A DNA stretch of 63,330 nucleotides, the filler included, from Saprolegnia diclina VS20 (taxonomy: Eukaryota): NCBI RefSeq assembly GCF_000281045.1. It is 13 parts of 9 records of this genome, joined end to end, with 100 filler letters (N's around TTAATTAATTAA, not from the genome) between each part and the next. Parts side by side here need not be neighbours in the genome. Positions count along the whole stretch, not along the records: positions 37,476 to 46,541 come from NW_008246294.1; positions 46,642 to 53,010 come from NW_008246295.1; positions 53,111 to 62,171 come from NW_008246296.1; 10 more parts are not named here. One strand, 5' to 3'. Positions 45,894 through 57,400 of this stretch are shown piece by piece; position 1 is the stretch's first letter; every line of letters starts with the position of its first letter. The notes under the pieces are model-generated. The model saw only the letters and a list, made by a program, of their open reading frames with translations. It was not told the DNA's origin and did no database searches. A program made the translations under genes and the position numbers.

Positions 45894-48800
45894 GCGCCGT
45901 CGCATTTGGGCCATTTTAGCCCTACTAATAATTTGCATTTTACTCGTTTCTTCCTCCAAGATGAGCATTGCACAACGCTTCGCGCCATAGTACTAGCGTT
46001 GCAGCTAGGTAGGTAGGACAGCAAAACGAAAGACATTGGATCCGTGGGTGAACCATTGGAAGCGATTTCTGCGGCGTTTGCTATTCGAGCTGGGCGAGAA
46101 GCGGAGACCCGAGGCATCGACGGTAGGCGGCATGCAGGAGGGAGCTGGGTGGTTCGTTTGATCCATAGTCATTTTATGTGGGCCCAGGATAAGATTATTG
46201 GCTCAGATCTTAGACCTATTGCTCGAACGTTTCAAAGGATAGCGCACCAATCAACGAGTTTCATGTTGAATACCCATGCTAGATTGTATGTGTATCGAAT
46301 CAATCGAATTGTATTGTGCATTGCTAGTACGGTCGTCTTTTGGCTCTAAAGATTTGCACTTGGTGGACAAACTCGGAGTTCCATCGTAGTTGACTCGTCG
46401 TCGTCGTGAGCAGCATGGCTAGGTGTGCGGCCTTTGTGGCTTTAACTATGCTTTTGTCGGTTCTACAGCGGTCATTCTCCATGTGATCGGAAGAGTAGTT
46501 TGGAGTAAACGTGGCTGCGATGCGTAGCGCCTCGTGATTTCNNNNNNNNNNNNNNNNNNNNNNNNNNNNNNNNNNNNNNNNNNNNTTAATTAATTAANNN
46601 NNNNNNNNNNNNNNNNNNNNNNNNNNNNNNNNNNNNNNNNNACTTTGACTTTAGTATTGGTTCTCTCGGACCCCATATGCTGAAAAAGTGAATTATCTAG
46701 AAACCCTACACATGAGGCCTCCGCAACGCCATCATCACACACCAGCAGGCCCCCTGCGCAGGCATCACCAACGTGTGCACCGCGTGCGCGCCCTCGCATT
46801 GCTGGTGGGACCGGTCCGCGACTAAAGTGGCTTCAATCGAATCCGGATGTCCCACCGAGGATGGTGTACCGAGATCTTTTTCGTTCAAACATTTGGATAC
46901 TATGGGCTTGGACACCCCTAGTCCACTGGTTTATAAACCCGTTTTTCTGTGTCGGTTCACCACTCTGGTGCTAGTATGGTAATCTTTGGAAGCGAAGCTT
47001 GCTTCCTTCTCTTAGGTGGCTCCGAATCTTTAGGTCTTGTAATTCGTAGAGTATCGTTATGCCGACTGGTCGCATGTGACTGCGGCAACTACTCCCGTGA
47101 AATTGTCATCTATAACGGGGGTTTCGGTCATCGAATTAAACTGATGTGGTCGAGAACAAAAGCTTGGCCCCCATGCGTCAATAGTTTGAAGAGAATGTTA
47201 AGGATTTCCGCAGGTCTTCATTGTACTAGAAGATGAACAGAGCTCGATAAGCGGCCGTGACACTGACGGTTCACGAATGGGATGCAAAGAGATTTGAATC
47301 GCTAACCAGATATTTAGGATATCGAGTCCTTCGAGTACGGCGGAGATATTCTAGCAGCGTCGAGTATTTATGAGTGATGTGTCGGCATATGGGGCAGCGT
47401 TGCGCGCCATCAGTAGAAAGCACTGAGAAGGGTTGCCTGATATTATTTTTAAATTAGGCCGTCTGCAATGGTGGCTGACCTATTGTTTTCTACTGTCGCT
47501 CGGTTGCTGAGACATTGATATTTCTCACCTAATAAAACAAAATTGACCCAGACCACACTGCTCTTGTTTATACAATGTTAATATCACGTCGGGTTTTGAT
47601 CCCTGCAGGCATTAATGGCTTTTTGCCTTGCTGAGATATTTATTTCATGCAACCCCATTTGCTAAACAAATTTAGCGCATAGATTGGATTAGACTGTGAC
47701 ATATGGTTAAAATCTGGGCCTGCTTTTACTTCTATAGATTGCTTAAACCCGCAATGCCATTCCGAGAGCACATTTGCATGCACAGCTCCATGCACTAGTG
47801 CAATATTTTGTTTATGATGTGGTAAAACAAATTCTGAAAATACAATGATTAGATGGCTTAGATTGCGACAGGCTTTTTGATTGCCTTCAGTCAACACGCA
47901 GTTACCCTTCGCAATCCTAGCGCTTCAGCTCGAGCATCACGAATGCACTAAATTGCGGTCACTCAGTAACTATACCGGCACTTAGCAGTCGCGACAGTCC
48001 CGTAGCAGTTCAAGATCAAGATTTTGCTTGCCCAAGATGCAGTGGCGGTTCACCAACGCGCAGTATCTCGCGCCCCTGCCAACTGCGTCCCTGACGGGCG
48101 TGGGTGGGTGCAACACGGTCCAGTTTCACTTCTCGTCTCGTCCCTCAGGTATAGCGAGGGCGCACTTGCCTTCGTTATTAATCTGCTTGACGACGCCGAC
48201 AATTCTCCCCCACAAAGCGACGACTTCAGTGCCGTAGCCCAACAAGACAATCGCGGTTTCTCCTCTCGTTTTTCCCTCGCAACGGCAACCTGTCGCATCG
48301 CTGGTGACGTTGACAAGCTTTCCGGGCACAGACCCGCGTCCCACTTCACGGCTACCGCGGTGATCGTACTGGTGCGCTAGTTGTCTCTAGCAGACCCGCA
48401 TGCAGCGTCATCGGAAAATCAACGGTATGTCACGGACCCCGGTTCTACCCGCGGAAAACACGCAATCTGCACCGACGACTTTTCGGAGAAGGATCAATGT
48501 GGTAGCTGCAGTCCCTTCGACTTCGAGGAGTTGAGCCTCCAGGAGCTGCCTCCAGGAGCTCTCGGTTGACCGCCGTCTTATCCACGTCTCTTATCCTGGT
48601 AGGAACGTTTACATGGCATCCCAGGGGATTAATTCGTATTTTCTGGCCAACTCATTGGCTATATAATTCAAGCTATTTTGGCAAATGAGACGGAGTTCCA
48701 TTAGTCTATGCCAATCGCATCGCGCGGAGCATGTTCTGTGAAGTGCGGTTTTGCTGTCCCTTTTAAGTGCCGTCCATGTTGGGACATTATACTTTTTTGT

Positions 48801-50609
48801 ATTTATTAAGTACGCCGCACTTCAAAGAGCAGATGGCGTACACAAGGTATTTTCGCACCTAATCGCAATGCGGCTGCATTTGGATTGCAGAAGCGCGCCA
48901 AGACAGCAGCAAGCGACGACGGCGCGTTGGCCCGGAAAAGTCTGCACACCGCAGCGCAGCGAAGGTCGTGCGTTGACTTTTGTCTAGGCCAGCGCGCTTT
49001 GTCGCAATACCGTTAATCAACGCTTCGCATTCATTACAAAAGTTCCTACCAGCTCACCCCGGAAGGGACCTGTTTTCTGATCTGCGAGTCGTTCAAAATT
49101 CACACTACCGCAAGGTCGTCCTTTCACTGATCTCGTGGCTACGCTTTGCCGACGTAGCAACGGGCACCAGTAGGGTACTTCCAGAGGGAGACAACCTGGT
49201 TACATGCGGTAGCTCCAACGAGCGCGGACGTGATGGGCACATCGGGCGCCACTGCTGCAGGTTTTCCGTCGCCTGCGGGATTGTGCAGCTGACAGCAGTC
49301 ACTTATGGTTTGGCGCTACCCCGAATAGGCATCGATCTCTCGGCCATTGCGGCTCTGTCAACGCATGTTGTGTGGTCAGCAACGCGATCACGCGGCTCGT
49401 CCAAGGCGTATCTCCGAGCAGCATCATTTCCAGCACATCTCGAGTCACGCTCCCCCTTTGGATGCGTCAAATACATCGACGAATGTATCCTCATCGAGCT
49501 CGATGTCCCGTCTCGGTTCGATGCAACCGAGCTCGCATTGCACATGTGCTTACTGTAAAACTGAAATAAAAANNNNNNNNNNNNNNNNNNNNNNNNNNNN
49601 NNNNNNNNNNNNNNNNNNNNNNNNNNNNNNNNNNNNNNNNNNNNNNNNNNNNNNNNNNNNNNNNNNNNNNNNNNNNNNNNNNNNNNNNNNNNNNNNNNNN
49701 NNNNNNNNNNNNNNNNNNNNNNNNNNNNNNNNNNNNNNNNNNNNNNNNNNNNNNNNNNNNNNNNNNNNNNNNNNNNNNNNNNNNNNNNNNNNNNNNNNNN
49801 NNNNNNNNNNNNNNNNNNNNNNNNNNNNNNNNNNNNNNNNNNNNNNNNNNNNNNNNNNNNNNNNNNNNNNNNNNNNNNNNNNNNNNNNNNNNNNNNNNNN
49901 NNNNNNNNNNNNNNNNNNNNNNNNNNNNNNNNNNNNNNNNNNNNNNNNNNNNNNNNNNNNNNNNNNNNNNNNNNNNNNNNNNNNNNNNNNNNNNNNNNNN
50001 NNNNNNNNNNNNNNNNNNNNNNNNNNNNNNNNNNNNNNNNNNNNNNNNNNNNNNNNNNNNNNNNNNNNNNNNNNNNNNNNNNNNNNNNNNNNNNNNNNNN
50101 NNNNNNNNNNNNNNNNNNNNNNNNNNNNNNNNNNNNNNNNNNNNNNNNNNNNNNNNNNNNNNNNNNNNNNNNNNNNNNCACCACCTCAATCTTCAACATC
50201 GAGGTGCTGGCCATCAACACCACGGCACTCGCGCTCGCATGCAGCTTCGTGTGGTCTGTGGCATTGTCTAGCGGCAGTCGGAATGGTATTTACATCTATT
50301 CGTCACATCGGCGGCACGGGCAGGGTCTCAACACGTCACATTCCGGGACACGGACAACTCGCTCATAGACACAGCCACCGCCGCAACATATGTCAACATG
50401 AAAGACCCACACGGCTTCGTGGGTAGACACACCGAGTTCAGCATGCCTGAGCACTCTACAACAACGCGCTGCAGCCTAAACCGTCATATTTCGGTCAAGA
50501 TACGAGCAGCGGTCGGCATACATACACGTTTGGCGCGAATGGACAACCTTCCCCGAGCTCACTCAGCGACCCATCACAACAACCAAGCGGCGCCGTTGTC
50601 CTACGGAGC

Positions 50610-50840
50610 TTATTCAGATTCCGCGTACACATCTTGATGTCCTGTGTTGACAAAAAGGGGGTCGCGCACGCGCTGTGTATGGAGCGCGACAGTCTCCTTG
50701 CACTTGTCGCCATATTCACTGTACTGCGCCTTGTATTGCCCGACGAACGTCGCCATCTCGGCCTCACTCGCGTTCGACTTCAGCAGATGCTCCATCTTTT
50801 GCTTGATGGTCGCTTTTCTTGGCGCTCGACCGAAATACAT
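50610..50840 (-). pseudogene. Coding-like relic, possibly the C-terminal region of a stramenopile bZIP-type factor
   Basis: MEHLLKSNASEAEMATFVGQYKAQYSEYG...ALH then frameshift to LSTQDIKMC; family call from recall only. Confidence 0.3.
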
Positions 50841-53502
50841 CCCTTCCCGCTTATCATGCTCAAGATAACAACATCTCGTTCAGCACCAAACTGTGCGACG
50901 CTTCGGCAACTGAGACGCTACAATGCGAAGCAGCAATCGCGCGAGATCAAGAATGTGGTTGCGGCGTGCCAAAAAGACTCAAGCAACTACCTCGCCGTCC
51001 CGAAAGTCGACAAGAAGTCACCGGACGTACTCACGAAACACACCAGCATCAACGAACACCCTGTCACCGTCCTCACAACTCGGATGGTCCCAACCGCATC
51101 GCGTCATCTCTAGGGGACCGCCTCGCCCACTAATGGCAAGGCGGACACCAACACGGTTGTTGCCCCAAGTAGCTCGGTCTTGCTAGAGGAACGTTTTGCT
51201 GCAGGTATGTGCACGGCGCTCCACCAACGACACGCCGACAACTGCCTCGCCTCGACCGCTTCGAGTTGGCGAGTCCGAGTTCCTTAAAGAGTACGACACT
51301 GTGCTGCATACACACCGAGGAGCTCGCCAAAGCGAATATCACGTCCAACACAGAATAAGACTGAGCGCACTAATGCCCCACCGATCAGAGTTGCGGAACG
51401 GGTAAACCCATCGGTGACCGATGGGTTACCCGATTCCCCGCGGATTGAGCCGCCCAGGTATATCATCGGTCGCCAGCCCACGAAGCATACAATGCACGAA
51501 ACTTGCAGCACACGGCAGAACTAGGCCTGAGCTCCGCTCTATTGGTCTTAGACCAATTCGCACGGCCATCTCGCTCATCCTGCTTAAGTGCACCTTAGTC
51601 AAGGAAATCAACTACGTAGGCTCGTACAGAAGTGATTTTGCCAATAGCGCAGCACAGCATCGTGTGAACCGACAAAAAGATGTGTTGCGCATCAGTTCAC
51701 GATACTCGGCATCGATCCCTCGCACGCTTTTGACACAATTTCGATCGACCGGGTGAAGCTACTCGCCGTACTTGTGCGTGTCATCTCGAACCACGGGCTG
51801 CGCCCCGTTACGATGCTCCTCTAAGATACGACTCTGCCTACACTCTAGTCTGTCATAACGGTCGGCTGGGTCTACGCTAACAACAAGTATCGTCTTATGC
51901 ATGCTCCACAGGAGACTAGCTCTTATCGTCTTCATCGTTATCCTCGAGGCCACTCTTTGCGACCTGGCGGCAACGACAGGTGTCACACGCTCACTCTTCC
52001 AGCTCGCTAACGTATACTACCGGTACGTCGACGGCGATTACTTCGTACGCGCTCACCTGATACAATTGTAGTCTCTCCTCATGAATGTAGTGAAGAAAAA
52101 ACATAACAATCAAGCGCCACGCAACGAACGTCCAACAGTATTGGCGAGGTATCTACTGCCCAGTACGCGTACCCGAGCCGAGCCACGTCACACGGGGAAG
52201 AAGTTCGGGACGCTGTTCGGCGATCACGAAGAGATCCTGCACCGCAAAGCGTTGGTCCATGTCTTGTTCCACAACATGCGGCGCCCAGTGCGGCGCCTCC
52301 AATTCCATCGGCACATCATCCGCGAAGATACGCACCTCTCTACACACCGTGTACGTCCTTTCGATGTTGCTCGACAACTGTGGTACTTGTGCGCTCCCGG
52401 CTGCCGACGTTGACTGGAACAAGGGTCAATACTTATATTGACCCTTGCTGGAACGATTATTTAACGAACACTTGCCAGACCAAAGTGCTTCACTTCTCGC
52501 TCGATCAAGCTTACTGGGGAATTTTTTGGTCGTGTCCTCTCCGAGCAACCTCGCGATGGATGAGTACTTGAAGCGCTCAGGCACAGCACTTTGGCCTGGT
52601 CGCCCAATGACAACGCTACCACGTGTGCTCGAAAGAGATATCGTAGCCGTCCCGTCATTCAAGAAGCGCCTCAAGACCCGCTAACATCGCGTAATTCATT
52701 GCCCAGGTGTAGAACCTTTGGACCGAGCTGACGGAGTCGATTGTTGACAATTGACTTCGCAGCCCCACGCACGAAACCGCCCAATACTTCGTGCCACGAA
52801 TGCGACAATCTCCCTGCATCGAGCTTGCAGCCAGTATTGATGGTGCCGTTTTCAAGAAGTGGAAGAGGTTTTCCGCGCAAGGCCGAGCGTTCTAGAAGAC
52901 CAAGATATGGAAGCACGTACACGTAACAAGACCCAGGCGCAGAGCAAGCGGCTCGAGCCATCCACGAATTTGTAGTATCAGTCAAAAGCTAAGCTTCTGC
53001 AAGTACCTTGNNNNNNNNNNNNNNNNNNNNNNNNNNNNNNNNNNNNNNNNNNNNTTAATTAATTAANNNNNNNNNNNNNNNNNNNNNNNNNNNNNNNNNN
53101 NNNNNNNNNNGTATCGTCCCAAATATTTGCTTGTTAGGGGGCTCATTACGTGATTAGTTCTCTGCTTTTGGCTTGATAACTAAACGGAGGCCGTTCATCG
53201 CGTTATTTCTTCACGCTTTGTCTAGGGACACTAAATTGTATGTTGGCTGAACGTCGTTGACGGCCAAGTACTACGACGATAAATAATGCTACGATAGAAA
53301 AGAACTCTATTGTGCGTCGTGGTGTGTCGTGGGCATCGATAAAGGCCCAAAGAATACTTGTGTGTCGGAGCGATTTCACAACCAAATCGATCAAGGATTT
53401 AAACACCTGCAGGTCTGCCACGTGTTTCCAATCAAAATCGCGTCCGTTACAAATGGCAACCAATCTGAATGCAAAAATACATCTCTATTTCCACAACAAG
53501 CC

Positions 53503-54355
53503 ATGCTGCGCAAGCGACCTTGCGTGGCACCGATCGATGCCGCCCACCCCGCAGTCCTCGCCTCGATTGCTCAGTGCTTGTCGTCGTCCAAAGACGTCGC
53601 ATCGCTCCTCCACGCACTGCCACCTGCTAATCTGGATGCGCCATTGACAGCGCTCCGAACGCTCTTCACGACAACGTCCCATGGTGTGGACGACTGCCTC
53701 TGGCCGCAAATCTGCATTGAACACGTTGACCGCCAATACACATCGACCGTTCTCGCCGCGCTACCAGTCTTTCGCTCGATTCGTATTGAGCATTGCGACA
53801 GACTCGACGCCAATTTGCGAGCTGCCAACCCTGACACCGATGCTTCTTCGTTCAACCCGACGATGGCACTGGCTGCCAAGTGGGGTCACAAGATCACGTC
53901 GATCTACATACCAACGGTGCTGAACTGCCACACCAACGCTGAGCTCGCTAAACTTCTGAGTCTCTGCACGGGTCTCGACCACATGCATGTGAAAGTCGAG
54001 GAGCCGGATCCTGCCTTCATCGACGCAGTCGCCAGCGGGATGCAGTATGTCACGCGACTGGACCTCATCGGGATGGACGAATTCGCGTTCTTGAGTGAAA
54101 GCTGGCTCCCGGTCCTGGAGGCGTGGCTCGCCTTGGGCATTGCACAGCACCTCGGGCTCAAGTTTTTCGAATCGGCCGACGACACTCGGCTGGCGCGGGC
54201 CATCGCCGCCACCGCATCGCTCACGAGCCTCGAGCTCAACGATGCTGACAGCGTTGTGCAAAGCCTTTTGACTGCATCGCTCTCGACTACTGCGACGTCA
54301 CCGACAGTGGCGTTAGTGCTCTTGCGACAGCGCTCGCTGACTCACATCGGTTGTC
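53503..54355 (+). pseudogene. RNI-like LRR protein (Saprolegniales-expanded type), frameshifted and truncated
   Basis: VLASIAQCL..DVASLLHALP N-terminus, LTSLELND; a further LRR (IALDYCDVTDSGVSALATAL) sits in another frame from ~54276. Confidence 0.65.
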
Positions 54356-54405
54356 GCCCTTTGTGCTTTCGTAGGGATAGTGAAATTAGGTTTCACATGG
54401 AAATC

Positions 54406-54437
54406 ATACCTTCTCGGCCTTTTGGCTAAGATCAAGT
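54406..54437 (+). ncRNA. U2: U2 snRNA 5' fragment (stem-loop I), interrupted
   Basis: ATACCTTCTCGGCCTTTTGGCTAAGATCAAGT matches the universally conserved U2 5' end; the expected GTAGTATCTGTTC continuation is absent. Confidence 0.93.
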
Positions 54438-57400
54438 CTGGCTGGCTGGCTGGCGAAGCGAGGGGTAACGATCAGTCAGTTCACCGACAGTTGTCTTCGG
54501 ATGACGTCATCTTCAACTGGTGAGCGCGGGTGCCACCAGGGTGACACAGCGGATCCGGTTGAGCCACCTTCGGGTGCCTCAGCTGGTCAGAGTCCTGGCT
54601 CTGCGGGAGCGTCTGGCTTAGCGCATGCTCGGCCTCCCCCGTCCTCTGTCCCTCCTCTCTTGTGTGCCCCATCGCCGGGAATTGCTCTGGTCGCTGGAAC
54701 TCTAGTGGCCCCTGTGGCGGTGTCGCAACATACCGCAGCTGCCCAGGGTGTCGTGCCACTACACGTCGATATACTACGGGGCGCCGCCTACCCAGTCGAG
54801 GGGAGCGGTGCACCCCTGCCTCCGAGCGCTGTCTTGTCAACGCGGGCCGCCGTTTCGTCGGTGCGGGCTGGTAATCCCGCGCCGCTGCCGGAGCGGGCTG
54901 GTAATCCCGCTCCGCTCGTCACTGCTCCCTTATCCTCGTCTCGTGAACTTGTGGTGTACCCTAGCCCCAGCCGCTGCGGGTCGCCACTGGCCGCCCACGT
55001 CAAGCGCCCGCGCGACGAGCCGTTTGCTGCGGCCCTGACCGCATCTGCTGCCGACGCGAAGCGCCTCCGTCTTGCACTGCCTGGTCGCCCTGCTTTGTCC
55101 CACTCGCCGGCTCTCCCAATCGGGCCGCTGGCCCTCGTCCCATGCGCCGTGCCCGTCCCGCTGCAGGCAACCCACAGTACGTCGCCCGTCTTGCTGCCGC
55201 TTGCCTCTCGAGCTCCGCACGCCGTGTCTGTGCCTCTGGCACTCTTGCCCGATGCTTCTCCCTCTGTTCTCGCTCCACCGTCACCTCTCGCTGCCTCCGT
55301 CCATGTCCAGCGCACGGTTACTTGGGTCCCTGCCGGCCCTCACGGCCCGGGTGCGTTTGTGTTTACCGAATCCACCGTGGTCGATCTGCCGTCGGGCCGC
55401 CTCGCGGCTGCTGGGCCGCCTGCCGCGGACGCCACATCCCGTGCGCCCCTGCCCGCCCAACCCGAGCTCAATCAGGCCGACATTGACGCGTTCCTTGCTG
55501 CTGCCCGCCACGCGTCCACCGTGCTGCCGCCCCACGCGCCTATCCCAGCGCCTGCGTCCGTCCAAGCGCCACCGTCCGCCCAAGCCCCTACGTCCGTCCA
55601 AGCGCCTGCGTCCGCTCATGAGCCTGCTCCCGTCCACGCCCCTGCGTCCGTCCCCGTGCCTGCGCCAGTCCATGCGCCTACGCCCGTTCAAGAGCCCGCA
55701 CGCGTGCCCGTTCCGCCCCTACTGCCGAACGACCCTCGAGTTGCCGAAGCCCGCCGCATCATTGCGACCTTTCCCAAGACCCGATGGGGACCGCCGCGTG
55801 CTCCCGTGCCTGCCGCTGCCCGCACGGCTGCCTCCGATCCAGCCCCGGACCCGCTGTCTGCCGCTGCCTGCGCGCCCCGTCTCACGTCTCTGGCCTACAC
55901 GCCGCCGCCTCCCACTACGCCGTCGCCACCGCTGATGCTGCCGCTGCCCTTTCCGCTGCGCCCGCCACGACCGACGACGCTGCCTGCCCCTCTGTCGGTA
56001 TTCGCCACGCCGGCTAGCCCGCCGCTGCCTCCTCTGCTGCCTCCCACCTTGCCGGCTGCCACTGACATGCTCCCACTTGCCCGCCCACGTCACCGCGCCG
56101 CCCGCCAACCCAAATTGCGTTGCGCGACGTCCGCTGCTCCGATGCATGCTGCCCCGATGCCCGCTGCTCCGATNNNNNNNNNNNNNNNNNNNNNNNNNNN
56201 NNNNNNNNNNNNNNNNNNNNNNNNNNNNNNNNNNNNNNNNNNNNNNNNNNNNNNNNNNNNNNNNNNNNNNNNNNNNNNNNNNNNNNNNNNNNNNNNNNNN
56301 NNNNNNNNNNNNNNNNNNNNNNNNNNNNNNNNNNNNNNNNNNNNNNNNNNNNNNNNNNNNNNNNNNNNNNNNNNNNNNNNNNNNNNNNNNNNNNNNNNNN
56401 NNNNNNNNNNNNNNNNNNNNNNNNNNNNNNNNNNNNNNNNNNNNNNNNNNNNNNNNNNNNNNNNNNNNNNNNNNNNNNNNNNNNNNNNNNNNNNNNNNNN
56501 NNNNNNNNNNNNNNNNNNNNNNNNNNNNNNNNNNNNNNNNNNNNNNNNNNNNNNNNNNNNNNNNNNNNNNNNNNNNNNNNNNNNNNNNNNNNNNNNNNNN
56601 NNNNNNNNNNNNNNNNNNNNNNNNNNNNNNNNNNNNNNNNNNNNNNNNNNNNNNNNNNNNNNNNNNNNNNNNNNNNNNNNNNNNNNNNNNNNNNNNNNNN
56701 NNNNNNNNNNNNNNNNNNNNNNNNNNNNNNNNNNNNNNNNNNNNNNNNNNNNNNNNNNNNNNNNNNNNNNNNNNNNNNNNNNNNNNNNNNNNNNNNNNNN
56801 NNNNNNNNNNNNNNNNNNNNNNNNNNNNNNNNNNNNNNNNNNNNNNNNNNNNNNNNNNNNNNNNNNNNNNNNNNNNNNNNNNNNNNNNNNNNNNNNNNNN
56901 NNNNNNNNNNNNNNNNNNNNNNNNNNNNNNNNNNNNNNNNNNNNNNNNNNNNNNNNNNNNNNNNNNNNNNNNNNNNNNNNNNNNNNNNNNNNNNNNNNNN
57001 NNNNNNNNNNNNNNNNNNNNNNNNNNNNNNNNNNNNNNGGGCGACGACGTCCTGACGCTGCACAGCGACGAGAGCTCGCACGCGGCCAACGACAGCGACG
57101 ACGTCCTCGAGGTGGTCGACGACGACAACGTGGGGGTCGGCGGAGGTCACGTACACGCTGCGCTTTGATGGTGGGTGCCGCCAGAACGGCTCATCTGCCT
57201 CCGCTGGTGGTGGTGCCGGCGCTGTCATCTTTGGCCCGGATGGGCGAATCCGGTGGTCTTGCTATGAGTGGCTACCGCAGCCGACTGCGGGCTCTGGTGC
57301 GCCTGCTGTGACCAACAACACGGCGGAGCTGCGCTCGGTCTACTTGGGGCTTTGCGGTCTCCTCCACCTCAAGCCCCACCGTGCGCTCATCCAAGGCGAC

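Noticed and set aside
46744..46768. Resemblance to the U6 snRNA core (GGCCCCTGCGCA)
   Set aside because: Only about 20/25 identity, with no ACAGAGA box upstream or U6 3' sequence
54438..54500. Possible HDV-like ribozyme in the retroelement leader
   Set aside because: A simple CTGGCTGG/TCAGTCAG stem is possible, but I could not build the nested double pseudoknot
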